Shown: positions 30,357-41,449 of the stretch, piece by piece | Layout of the letters: each line of letters begins with the position of its first letter | Numbering within the stretch: position 1 is the stretch's first letter | Assembly: GCA_963713495.1 (NCBI GenBank) | Contig: CAVQLX010000006.1 | Location: 59,747 to 123,746 of the forward strand | Direction: 5' to 3' | Origin: an uncultured delta proteobacterium | GTDB taxonomy: Bacteria; Desulfobacterota; Binatia; DP-6 | Length of the DNA stretch: 64,000 nucleotides | The notes under the pieces: generated by a model | Databases searched by the model: none | Told to the model about the DNA's origin: nothing | Seen by the model: only the letters and a program-made list of their open reading frames with translations | Position numbers and translations under genes: made by a program

Positions 30357-32913
30357 TCATCCCGCGATGCGCGCGAGAACGCGCTTCGGCTCGCCGACGT
30401 TCATCTCGCCCGACCGGATGCGCACGAGTCCATCGTGGGTGGGGACCCACCCTGGCCGGGCGTCGAGCTCCTCCTCCGTCGCCCGCCGGACGAGAGGCCG
30501 GCCGTTCAGCGTGACGGCGGTCACCTCCGCGCCGCACGTGGCGAGCTCGATCACGGTATCCCGCCGGCCGGGGGCGCCCGCGTACGACCCGCGCACCGGC
30601 TCGATCGTGATCGCGATGCCGTCGTGCGTCCGTCGCTGCCGGACCGTGGTGGTGCGTACGGCGCCGCCGAGGTACGCCGTGGTCTCGCCGTCGTCCTCGT
30701 AGAGCGTGAAGCGGCTCCTGCTGCTCGACGAGGCCGGGTCGCCGGCATAGACGCGGACCGTCAGCTCGTCGCGAGGGGACCCGCCCCGACGTTTGCCGAG
30801 CGCGTTCAACGTGTCGTCGTCGACCGCCGCCTCGGGGATGATGGCGCCCGCGCGCGCGAAGAGCGGCACCGCGAAGAGCCCGCCGATCCGCGTCGGCACG
30901 CCGCGCACCCACTCCCCCGCACTGCGCGTGCAGGTGTTGGCGTGGAAGTCGATCCACGTGCCCGCCGGAAGGTACACGTCGCGCGACGCCTGGCCGTATG
31001 CGCTCACCGTCGCCACGAGCAGGTCGCGCCCGAGCAGCTTCTCGTCTGCCATCCGGCGCACCTCGGGATCGTCCGGGTAGGAGAGCGGAAGCGGCGGCAC
31101 AAGCGCGTCGCCGTAGCGATGCGCCCGGTGGGCCAGGGAGTACAGGTATGGGATCAGGCGGTAGCGCAGGCGGAGGTTCTCCCTGTTGCTCGCGACCTCG
31201 CCGATGCGATCGGGCGCCGTCTCGTTGCAGTTGCAGAGGTTCTGGGTGTGGGGGCGGAGCGGCACGTCGAGGAGGGCGGCGTTGGCGAACCAGACCGTGT
31301 ACATCTCGTTCAGGTCGCCATCGAGTGCGCTCCGCCAGTAGCCGCCGACGTCCGCTCCGAAGTAGTCGATTCCCGAGAAGGCCATGTGCATCTGCACGTC
31401 GAGCTGCGTCGCGAGGCTCGAGAGGTTCGAGCCGATGTCCCCCGACCACATGCCGGCACCGAAGCGCTGGATGCCGGCGGTCCCCGAGCGCGACAGCATG
31501 AACGGTCGTTGCGTGTCGTGGTGGCGCGCGTACCCGCGCGCGATGCTCGCGAGCCACTCCAGGTTGTACGCGTCGTGCACGTCCTGATGGGCGCGCAGCC
31601 CGAGCCGGGGGAACCCGTGGTAGCGGGCGTCGGGAGAGAAGTCCTCCGGCTCCCCGAGATCGGCCCAGTGACCGAGGATCCCCATCTCGACGAGGGGCTG
31701 GCGCTTCCGATCGTGCCAGTAGTTTCCCGCGGCGGGGTTGGTCCAGTCGAGCATGCTGCCGCTTCCCCACCACGAGGCGACGCGCACCGGGCCGCATCCG
31801 GCACACGCCTGCGGCAGATAGCCACGCGACGCGAGCGCCGCGAAATCGGGCCGGCTGGCATCGACGTACGGCTCCTCGATCAGCATCAGGCCGACGCCCT
31901 CGTTCCTGCGCAGTCGCGCGATCTCGCGCCTGGGACGCGGGAACGCGGTCGTATCCCACCTGAGCGCTCCCATGTGCGACGGCCGGCGGAACACGCCGCC
32001 GAACCACTGCAGATCGAGCATGAAGCCGTCGACCGGAAAGCGATTCGCACGCAGCGTGCGTAGCTTGTCCTCGAGCTCCGCCCAGCCGTCGAACCCGAAC
32101 TCCGACACCCAGAGACCGAACGCTTTCTTCGGCGGCACGGGCGGTCGGCCCACGAGACGCATGTAGCGGCGACGGAGCGCCGTGGGCGCCGCCCCGGCGA
32201 GCAGATACCCGCGGATGGCGTCGCCCGCCATCGTCACCCGCCAGGGATCGCCGGTGAGATCCCACGTCTGCGCGTCGAGCTGGTCGACGAACAGGGCGTA
32301 GCTCTCGCCCGCGCCGCCGAGGGCGTACAGGATCGGAAACTGCGCGTTCTCGGTGAAGCCGCCGTTGAACGGGGTGAGCGCGTTGCCCGCCTCGGTGCCG
32401 GGCGCGACGATCTTGCCGAGCAGGTCGCCGTTGGCGGTGCCGGGTGTCAGGAAGTGCTCCCCGAGGCCGTAGACGTGCTGCGTATCCGCCCGCGCCACCG
32501 CGAGGACGTTACGACCACCGCCGACGGCGGCCGGGCAGAGCGTGGTGACCGGGGAGGGCGGCTCGCGCGTCCGATCCGCCACGTCGAGGCACAGCGTCGT
32601 GGGATCGATCCGGAGGCGGAGGATCCCGGTGTCCAACGTGTCGGATCGGACGAGGCGCTTCGCTCCGCTGCGCCCCGGGTGCAGGACCATCGGCGTCGTG
32701 GGAATCCACGCGTCGCGGAGACGGCGGTTCGCCTCCGGGCGCGAACTCGAAGTGGATCACGCCGTCGTCGAGGACCTCGACGGCGACGTGCGCGTCGCGG
32801 GAGGCGACCGCGAGCACCGGCACGTCGTGTGCGGCCCCGGCGAGCGACGCGAGCCACGCCGGTGCGGAGACGATGAGAGCCAGCGCCGCGATCAGGGCGC
32901 GGTCGGTTGGCAT
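30357..32913 (-). CDS. Glycoside hydrolase family 31 (alpha-glucosidase/alpha-xylosidase-like), secreted, with one frameshift near 32700
   Basis: Signal peptide MPTDRALIAALALIVSAPAWLASLAGA in the 32913 frame. GH31 blocks DGFMLDLQWF, GVGLMLIEEPYV and GMWSGDIGSN. Confidence 0.8.
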
Positions 32914-33006
32914 CGCTGTCGTCTACCACGGCCGGCGTCGTGACCGTCAAGGCGAGTCAGCGACCGTCTCCGGCAAGCCGCAGCCGCTGTTCATGGCCCG
33001 GCGGGA

Positions 33007-33483
33007 ATGTGCTACGCGCCGCCCATGTCGCGCCCACGCCAGCTCCTCTGCATCGCCTACGCGGCCATCGCGGTGCTCGCGCTGGTCGGCACGTGGACAC
33101 AGAACGTGGCATATTTTCGACCCGACGAGGGACCGCTGCGGGGCTTCCTGATGGCCACGGCCCGGTTCTGGCCCGCGACGCTGGCGACGCCGGCGAGCAC
33201 CTCCATCACGGTGGACCTGGCGTTCTTCCTCGTCGCCGCGGCGGTGCTCATGGTCATCGAGGCGCGTCGCCTCGCGATCCGCTGGGTGTGGCTCTACATC
33301 CTGCTCGGCCTGCTCGTCGCGATCAGCGTCACGTTCCCGCTCTTCCTCATTGCGCGCGAGCGCCGGCTCTCCGCGCTCGGCAGGCCGTCCGACGTCGTCG
33401 GCCTCTCCGGCGCCGATCTCGCGGCCCTCGTTGGATTGGGTGGCATGACCGCGGCCATCACGGCCTGGACGCTCGGCCGGTAG
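33007..33483 (+). CDS. Small integral membrane protein (4 predicted TM helices), hypothetical
   Basis: 158-aa ORF with four hydrophobic stretches (IAYAAIAVLALVG, LAFFLVAAAVLMVI, VWLYILLGLLVAISVTFPLFLIA, AALVGLGGMTAAITAW). Confidence 0.5.
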   Translation: MCYAPPMSRPRQLLCIAYAAIAVLALVGTWTQNVAYFRPDEGPLRGFLMATARFWPATLATPASTSITVDLAFFLVAAAVLMVIEARRLAIRWVWLYILLGLLVAISVTFPLFLIARERRLSALGRPSDVVGLSGADLAALVGLGGMTAAITAWTLGR

Positions 33484-34512
33484 CCCGTCGTCGCGACACA
33501 ACCCGCAGCTGCAGGTCAGCTTCCTGCAAGGCGGTGCGTGTTCGACACGGTGTCGTTCCAGGACATCGGAACGGTCGACATCGTCCCGGAGATCGGGATC
33601 ACCAGCACGCCGGTGATCGATGACACGACCGGGACGATGTACGTAGTCGCTAAGACTAAGGAGGGCGCGGTTGCATTATGTGCATCGCCTGCACGCTCTC
33701 GACATCGCGACCGGCGAGGAGAAGTTCGGCGGCTCGGTGGTGATCGAGGCGACAGTTCCCGGGATCGGGAGACGGCAGCGATGGAACCACGCTCCCGTTC
33801 GATCAGCGCAAGCAGAACCAGCGTGCCGGCCTCACGCTCGCGAACGGCATCGTATACATAGGCTGGTCGGCTCACGGCACCAACGGGCTGTATCACGGCT
33901 GGCTGATGGGATACGATGCGCACACGCTGGCCCAGGTCGCGGTCTTCAACTCGACGCCGAACGGACACAGCGGCGGCATCTGGCAAGCCGGCAGCCCGCC
34001 CGCGGTCGACGCCGACAGCAATAGATGAGTAGAGCGCGAGGAAAGTCACAGAAAAGAGACTGCCCACCAGCACGACCATCGCACCGAGCACGACGACCAC
34101 GAGCACGACGCTGGCCACCTGCTCGCCGGCCGGCTGCGATGACCGCGGGCCATGCATGCCGGGAACGTGCGTCGACGGGGTCTGCCAGTACGCGCCGGTG
34201 AGCGGCACGGCCTGCGCCACGATCACGCTCGACCAGATCCGGGGGCTGGTTGACGGCGCCTCCGCGGACGCGTTCAAGAGCAGGTCGACGCGGCGGAAGC
34301 TCGCAGGGAGGCTGCGTCACCTGACCAACCTTGTCGACAATGCCAGCCGCGTTGATGCCCGTGCGCCGCAGGCGAGGCGACGGGTCGAGAGGGCCCTCTC
34401 GAGCCTGGCACGGTTCGTCGATCGGGCCGCCACGCATCACCGGATCGACGGCGGCCTCGCTGGCAGTGTCGGCAGTCTCGCCACCGCAGCCCAGTCGGCG
34501 CTCGGTACGTGA
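33484..34512 (+). pseudogene. Remnant of a secreted beta-propeller protein (no N-terminus, frame-disrupted) that retains a Thr-rich linker and an intact copy of the shared C-terminal module
   Basis: Propeller fragments [36 protein letters not shown] / [26 protein letters not shown] / [33 protein letters not shown] lie in different frames and begin immediately after the stop of the 33007 gene. Then comes LPTSTTIAPSTTTTSTTLATCSPAGC...ACATITLDQIRGLVDGA...RRKLAGRLRHLTNLV...*. Confidence 0.45.
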
Positions 34513-34540
34513 CCACGCACGCGACGCACGTCGCGGCAGC

Positions 34541-35599
34541 GTGAGCGGCGCACGAGCATCGCTCGAGGCGGTGCGCTGGCACCGCGCCTGCTGCCTGGTC
34601 CTTCTCCTCGGCGCGGCCGCCAGCGCGGGCACGGCCCGCGCCGCACCGCCGGATTCGCCCTACCGCCCCGTCGATACGATCCGCCTGCGCGGCTGCGAGC
34701 CATCGGGGCAGCTCGCCGTGGACGCCAAGACGCGCCGGCTCTTCGTGCCGTGCTCGACCCGTCTGGCGGTCGTCGATCTCGAGCAGGGCCGCCAGCTCGG
34801 AGACGTCGCCGAGACGCGCGGAGTCCGGGGCGTCGCGCTCGCACCGACGCTCGGGCGCGGCTTCACGAGCAACGGCGGCGCGAACACGGTCACCGTCTTC
34901 GGTCTACAGGGCCTCAAGGCTGCCTCGGATCACCCCGAGACCGGGGACAAGCCCACCGCCATCGTCTACGACCCCGGGTCGGCACGTGTCTTCACGATGA
35001 ACGTCGACAGCGACAACGCGACGGCGATCACGGCCGCCGACGGGAGCCCCGCGGGCACGATTCCGCTGGGTGGCCGTCCGGAGACCGCCGTCACCGACGG
35101 GGCCGGTCGGGTGTACGTCGATCTTCGCGATCGGAACGAGATCGCCGTGCTCGACACGCGGCTTCTCCGCATCGTCCGGCGATGGCCAGTGGCGCCCTGT
35201 CGCGGGTCCGTCAGCCTCGCGATCGACCCGTCGCACGGGCGCCTCTTCCTCGGCTGCCGGAACGGAACGCTGGCTGTCATGGACACCGCGAGCGGGCGCG
35301 TGGTCGCGACGCTGGCGATCGGGCACCGCGCGGAGGTGGTGCGATACGATGCCGGAGCGGGTCTGGTCTTCGCCGCCAGCGGTGACGGCACCCTCGCCGT
35401 GGCGCATCAGGAGTCGCCGGACGCCTACCGGCTCGTCGACTCGATCGAGACGCGCCCCGGTGTGCGCGCCATGGAGCTCGATCCCTCGACGCGCCGTCTC
35501 TACCTGGCCGTCCGCGAGCAGACGAATACGGACGCCGGCAAGCCACACCGCGCCACGGCCCCACCAGCCTCACTCGCGATTCTGGTCTACGCGAGGTAG
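34541..35599 (+). CDS. YVTN-family beta-propeller repeat protein (YncE-like), secreted
   Basis: GTG start with signal peptide (V)SGARASLEAVRWHRACCLVLLLGAAASAGTARA. Repeated ~40-aa units (RLFVPCSTRLAVVDLEQG, RVFTMNVDSDNATAITAADG, RVYVDLRDRNEIAVLD, RLFLGCRNGTLAVMD). Confidence 0.65.
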   Translation: MSGARASLEAVRWHRACCLVLLLGAAASAGTARAAPPDSPYRPVDTIRLRGCEPSGQLAVDAKTRRLFVPCSTRLAVVDLEQGRQLGDVAETRGVRGVALAPTLGRGFTSNGGANTVTVFGLQGLKAASDHPETGDKPTAIVYDPGSARVFTMNVDSDNATAITAADGSPAGTIPLGGRPETAVTDGAGRVYVDLRDRNEIAVLDTRLLRIVRRWPVAPCRGSVSLAIDPSHGRLFLGCRNGTLAVMDTASGRVVATLAIGHRAEVVRYDAGAGLVFAASGDGTLAVAHQESPDAYRLVDSIETRPGVRAMELDPSTRRLYLAVREQTNTDAGKPHRATAPPASLAILVYAR

Positions 35600-36399
35600 G
35601 TCCGGCTCCCGGGCACTGCGGTCGGTAGCCGTCTAGCGGGGGGCGGAAGGCCGTCGCCGTCGAGATCGCGCACGGGACACCCCGGCTCGCAGAAGTCGCG
35701 CTGGAGCCTGAGCTGAACACCGGAATCCAGCCTCTTCACCCAGGCGATCGCGGTGTACGCGGTGCGCCGCTTGAGCCGCACCGGCCTTGCCGTCAGCCCT
35801 GCGAGCGGCTCTCCGTTACAGTTCACATCGCCGGGAGCAAAGACCGCCAGGGTGTAGGTACCGGGCGGAACCGTGACCACGGTGTTCTCCCCGTAGGACA
35901 GCGGAGAGGTGAGACACCCGACGCCGAGCGCCCCGATCCTGACATCGTCGGTGCTTGCCGAGGGCACACCATGGACGATGCGAAGATTGGCCGCGTTCCG
36001 CAGAAGCCTCCGCGGCGTCTCGTCGAGCACCTCGACCATGCAGGCTTCATCGGTCGGAGACACCTGACGGATCCAGAAGGTCAGACGCCGCCTGCGCGCC
36101 TTCGGACCGTACCGCCACACCTCGGGGTACTTGTGCGTGAGCGGGTCGAGCGGCCAGCTCGCCGCGACGCCGCGCTGTGTGGAGTCGCCGCAGAGCGAGT
36201 CGAGAAACCCCGTGGTCGACAGGTACTGGCTGTAGTAGGGCACGATGTCGGCGCTCTCGGATAGCGTTCCGCTCGGGAGGTAGCTGTTGATCACGCGTAC
36301 GCGATAGCGAGCGAGCGGGTCCGAGCTCTTCGCGTGTGCACTTGCAGCAGCAAGAACCAGTGCTGCGGCGACGAGGACGCTGGTCGGTCCGATCCGCAT
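35587..36399 (-). CDS. Secreted hypothetical protein
   Basis: Signal peptide MRIGPTSVLVAAALVLAAASAHA. No recognisable catalytic motif. Confidence 0.5.
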   Translation of the reverse strand: MRIGPTSVLVAAALVLAAASAHAKSSDPLARYRVRVINSYLPSGTLSESADIVPYYSQYLSTTGFLDSLCGDSTQRGVAASWPLDPLTHKYPEVWRYGPKARRRRLTFWIRQVSPTDEACMVEVLDETPRRLLRNAANLRIVHGVPSASTDDVRIGALGVGCLTSPLSYGENTVVTVPPGTYTLAVFAPGDVNCNGEPLAGLTARPVRLKRRTAYTAIAWVKRLDSGVQLRLQRDFCEPGCPVRDLDGDGLPPPARRLPTAVPGSRTYLA

Positions 36400-36708
36400 T
36401 GCACCCCCCGGATGGTCTCGGTCACCGTCGCACGATGCAAGTTCCCTGCCGTGATGGCAACGTTGCAGACGAGTCCGGTCGTCGCAGCCAAGACTGCACG
36501 CTCGCTTGCTAGCGACGCTGCCGCGCGTCGGGTGCGACCATCAGGCCGACACCCCCCGACCTTCGGGCGATGGGTCTCGCGGGCCGGCGCAGCGGAAGCC
36601 GTCGAAGCTCGCCGATGACGACGGCTGGCATGCCGATGCGCAGTTCGGCTATGCGGTCGAGCGGTGCACGGGCGGTGACACACCTCGCCGTTCGCGCGCG
36701 TCAGAGCC

Positions 36709-37548
36709 GTGGGCTCGCGCACGCTGCCACGAGTTCCCGCCGGTACGAAAGGGAGGAAGGGCTTGGCCAAGCAACCGATACTGCTGGTTCTCATCGCGAC
36801 GCTCGGGAATGCCTACGCCGCGGACTGGCACCCGCTCCCGATCCCCACCGCCAACGCCAGCCTTCAGGCGCAGCAGGCCCCGGAAGGCGCCGGCGTTCCC
36901 CGGGTCATCAACGGAACGCCCACCGCCGACTTTCCGGCGGTCGCCGCGCTGGTGATCAGGGACGCCAGCGGTGAGGCGTTGTGCAGCGGTACGCTCGTGA
37001 GCCCCTCGGTGATCCTCACCGCCGCGCACTGCGTTGCCGGGGGTGCGACGGCCATTCGGGCGTTCTTCTTGCCGAACGACGACACGGAGAATGCGTACGA
37101 CGCGGTCGCGTACGCGATCAATCCCGAGTTCGACTTTCCGTTCGCCGATCTCTCCATGGTGCTCCTCGAAGCACCCGTGGTCGGTATCGCGCCGGCGCCG
37201 CTCGCCTCCCGGAAGCCTCGACCCCACAAGCTCGGCACGATCGTCGGCTACGGCGAGGACGAGGTGGGGAACGTGGGCCTCAAGGAGATGGGGACTGTTC
37301 GCCTCGCGAAATGCCCGAAGCGATTTCCCGCGCTCGGGCTCGCGCGCGGCGCGCTCGCCCGTTCGGTTTGCTGGAGAGCGCACCCCGGGCAGCAGGACAC
37401 CTGTCACGGTGATTCCGGCGGCCCGCTCCTGATCGGAGGCAGCGTCGCGGGCGTCACGTCGGGCGGCGATCCGAACTGCTCCGGCGTGCTCAGCTGGGAC
37501 ACCAGCGTCGCGGCGTTTCTCCCGTGGATCTCCGATCTGCTCGACTAG
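36709..37548 (+). CDS. Trypsin-like serine protease (S1 family), secreted. The true start is probably internal, around 36760.
   Basis: TAAHC, DLSMVLL and GDSGGPL catalytic-triad blocks. The signal peptide is LAKQPILLVLIATLGNAYA. Confidence 0.8.
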   Translation: MGSRTLPRVPAGTKGRKGLAKQPILLVLIATLGNAYAADWHPLPIPTANASLQAQQAPEGAGVPRVINGTPTADFPAVAALVIRDASGEALCSGTLVSPSVILTAAHCVAGGATAIRAFFLPNDDTENAYDAVAYAINPEFDFPFADLSMVLLEAPVVGIAPAPLASRKPRPHKLGTIVGYGEDEVGNVGLKEMGTVRLAKCPKRFPALGLARGALARSVCWRAHPGQQDTCHGDSGGPLLIGGSVAGVTSGGDPNCSGVLSWDTSVAAFLPWISDLLD

Positions 37549-37722
37549 TTTGCTGGCCCGGTGGGTGGCGCACGACGTCATGCAGCTCCGTGATGCGGAT
37601 CGCCTCGTGGAGATCGCGCTGCCGCGTACCGTGCCAACGGCGCGGCCGCGGTGCCAGTTGCGCTGCGGCGCTCCCGCTGCGATCGTCGCGCCGATGGCTG
37701 CCGCCATCGAACGGAGGGGCCC

Positions 37723-37866
37723 ATGGGTGACAAGTCGCCGAAGTCGAAGCAGCGCGACAAGAAGCAGAAGGATGTGGCCAGGGGCGAGGACGCGGCCCGG
37801 TTGAAATCCAAGCAGGCGAGCTACAGCCAGAGCCAGGCGTCCATCCCGGGGAAGGGCAAGAAGTAG
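37723..37866 (+). CDS. Small (47 aa) lysine-rich basic protein, hypothetical
   Basis: MGDKSPKSKQRDKKQKDVARGEDAARLKSKQASYSQSQASIPGKGKK. A GGAGGGG Shine-Dalgarno sits 5 nt upstream of the ATG. Confidence 0.35.
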   Translation: MGDKSPKSKQRDKKQKDVARGEDAARLKSKQASYSQSQASIPGKGKK

Positions 37867-37922
37867 GGCCGCCACCGACCCGTGCGGTGGACTCGGTCCG
37901 CCGCTGCAGGCATCGGTAGCGG

Positions 37923-38858
37923 ATGCGCATCCGGATCGGTCTCGGGCTGGCGCAGCTTCCGTTCGCCGATGCGCGTGCGTTCTGGCGCTTCGTCGAGCGC
38001 TGCGAGGCCGGCGACGTCGACTCGCTCTGGCAGACCGACCGGCTGGTCTCGGGGCTGGCGCAGCTCGAGCCCATGAGCGCGATGGCCGCGCTCGCCGGGG
38101 GGACCGATCGCCTCAAGTTCGGCATGAACGTCGTCGTGGTCACGTTTCGTGACCCGCTCGTCCTCGCCAAGGAGTGCGCGACGATCGACTGGCTGAGCGG
38201 CGGGCGCCTCCTGCCCGCATTCGGCGTCGGGCCGCCGATCGCTCCGGAATGGGCCGCGACGGGGCGCGAGCAGAAGGGCAGCGGCGCACTCGTCGACGAG
38301 GCGCTCGCCATCATGAGCCGTCTGTGGGCGGGCGAGCGCGTCACCTTCGCGGGCCGTTTCTTCCGCTACACCGACGTGCAGATCGCGCCGCTTCCCGTTC
38401 AGCAGCCGCTGCCACTCTGGATCGGTGGTCGCAGCCCCGCGGCGATCCGGCGCACGGCGCGACTCGGGACGGGCTGGCTCGGCGGCGTGGAGTCGCCCGA
38501 GCAGGCGGGCGCGGTCGTGGCGGCCATCAGGGCCGAGGCCGACGCCGCGGGCCGTCCCATCGATGCGGACCACTACGGCGCGGCGTTCGGCTTCCGCTTC
38601 GGCGCGCCGGACGAGCCGCTGGTACAGCGCACGGGCGCAGTGCTGGCGAAGCTCGCCGGCACCGACGATCCCGCGCGTCACGTCGCGGTCGGCGGCGCGA
38701 GCGACATCCTGGCCCGCATCGACGAGTTCGTGCGTGCCGGTGTCTCCAAGTTCGTGCTGAGGCCGATCGCGTTCGGCGACGCCGACGTCATGGACCAGAC
38801 CGAGCGCCTGATCGCGGAGGTCATCCCCGCCGTGCACGGGCGCGCCCGCGCCGCCTAG
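37923..38858 (+). CDS. LLM-class (luciferase-like) flavin/F420-dependent oxidoreductase
   Basis: 311-aa ORF with a TIM-barrel LLM signature (MRIRIGLGL..., GGRLLPAFGVGP, LWIGGRSPAAIRRTARLGTGW). Confidence 0.8.
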   Translation: MRIRIGLGLAQLPFADARAFWRFVERCEAGDVDSLWQTDRLVSGLAQLEPMSAMAALAGGTDRLKFGMNVVVVTFRDPLVLAKECATIDWLSGGRLLPAFGVGPPIAPEWAATGREQKGSGALVDEALAIMSRLWAGERVTFAGRFFRYTDVQIAPLPVQQPLPLWIGGRSPAAIRRTARLGTGWLGGVESPEQAGAVVAAIRAEADAAGRPIDADHYGAAFGFRFGAPDEPLVQRTGAVLAKLAGTDDPARHVAVGGASDILARIDEFVRAGVSKFVLRPIAFGDADVMDQTERLIAEVIPAVHGRARAA

Positions 38859-38894
38859 GCTGACCGGCGCGCCGCGCCCTGAGATCGCCGGCCG

Positions 38895-40070
38895 TCAGAT
38901 GATCGGTGAGGCGGGGTCGAGGCCGAGGAGAATGCGGCCGATGACCTCGTAGCGCGTGGTGGCGAGAACCACGTGCTGACTGAGGGTGTGGACGTCGCGC
39001 CAGCACCGCTCGATGGCACACGAGGTCTGGACCGCGTTCATGCCGGCGGCGTCGTGGACGAGGTCGATCGCGCGGGCGCAGAGCTTGACGGCCGTGACGG
39101 ATGCGAGGCGTGCCATCGCTCGCGCCTCGCGATCGAAAACCGCCGCCGCCTCGCCCATGCGCCACACCTCGTCACTCGCGTCGTAGAGATAGGCGCGCGC
39201 CGCGCGGAGCCAGCCTTCGGCCTCGGCGAGCTGCATCTGGGCGAGCGGGCGGTCGCGCAGCGCCGCGCGACTGCCGACCGGAACCTTGACGGCCGCGATC
39301 TCGATGAGGGTGTCGATGGCGTGACGGGCGATGCCGAGCGCGACGGTCGCGAGCGAGACCCCGAGCTGGACCGTGAGCGGAATGCGCGCGAACGCCCCGC
39401 GCCGCCAGCCCGATCGTGGCTCCGGCCATTCGAACGTGAAGCCGTCGGGAACGAGCACGTCCTCGAAGACGCAGTCGTTGCTCCCCGTCCCGCGCATCCC
39501 CGACACCGCCCACGTATCGAGGATCGTGCACTGGTCGATCGGGAACAGGCCGGCACGCAGCACGGGAACGCCGTCGACGAACTGGGGATTGCCGTCTCGC
39601 AGGACCACTCCGGCAGCCATGAGCCAGCTGGCCTGCGCCGAGCCGCTGACGTAGGAAGCCTTGCCGGAGAATCGCCAGCCGCCGTCGTGCGGGACGACGC
39701 GGGCCGTCGGGTTGAGGGAGCCCGCGACGACCGCCCGCGGGTTGGAGAAGATCTCGTCGAAAGCCGCCCGCGAGACGAAGTGGCCGAAGAGCGGGCCGCC
39801 GGAGCAGATCGCGAGGTTCCAGGCCGCCGAGCCGTCGAGCCGCCCGACCTCCTCGATCACGCGCAGCGAGGCCGGGATGGTGAGCTCACCGCCTCCCATC
39901 TCGACGGGAAGGAGCATGCGGAACAGACCCGCCTGGTGGAACGCCTCCGCGACCTCGGCCGGAAGCTGCGCCATGCGTTCGGCGCCCTCGGCATGCGCAT
40001 GAACGAGCGGGGCAAGGCCGTGGACGCGCTCGATGTAGGCGGCGGTCCGGTCGGCGATTGGGGCGGTCAT
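38895..40070 (-). CDS. Acyl-CoA dehydrogenase-family flavoprotein
   Basis: The N-terminal alpha-domain, a middle beta-barrel (WAVSGMRGTGSNDCVFEDVLVP) and a C-terminal helical domain are arranged as in ACAD/HpaH-like proteins. Confidence 0.7.
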   Translation of the reverse strand: MTAPIADRTAAYIERVHGLAPLVHAHAEGAERMAQLPAEVAEAFHQAGLFRMLLPVEMGGGELTIPASLRVIEEVGRLDGSAAWNLAICSGGPLFGHFVSRAAFDEIFSNPRAVVAGSLNPTARVVPHDGGWRFSGKASYVSGSAQASWLMAAGVVLRDGNPQFVDGVPVLRAGLFPIDQCTILDTWAVSGMRGTGSNDCVFEDVLVPDGFTFEWPEPRSGWRRGAFARIPLTVQLGVSLATVALGIARHAIDTLIEIAAVKVPVGSRAALRDRPLAQMQLAEAEGWLRAARAYLYDASDEVWRMGEAAAVFDREARAMARLASVTAVKLCARAIDLVHDAAGMNAVQTSCAIERCWRDVHTLSQHVVLATTRYEVIGRILLGLDPASPII

Positions 40071-40088
40071 GCACACGTCCCTCGTCGC

Positions 40089-41420
<1,332 letters not shown>

Positions 41421-41449
41421 GCGTCAGGGAGCTATAGCACGAGCGCGTC

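Noticed and set aside
36440-36460. A second sigma-54-like TGGCAA..TTGCA sequence upstream of the protease gene
   Set aside because: The GG-to-GC spacing is 9 instead of the required 12 nt.
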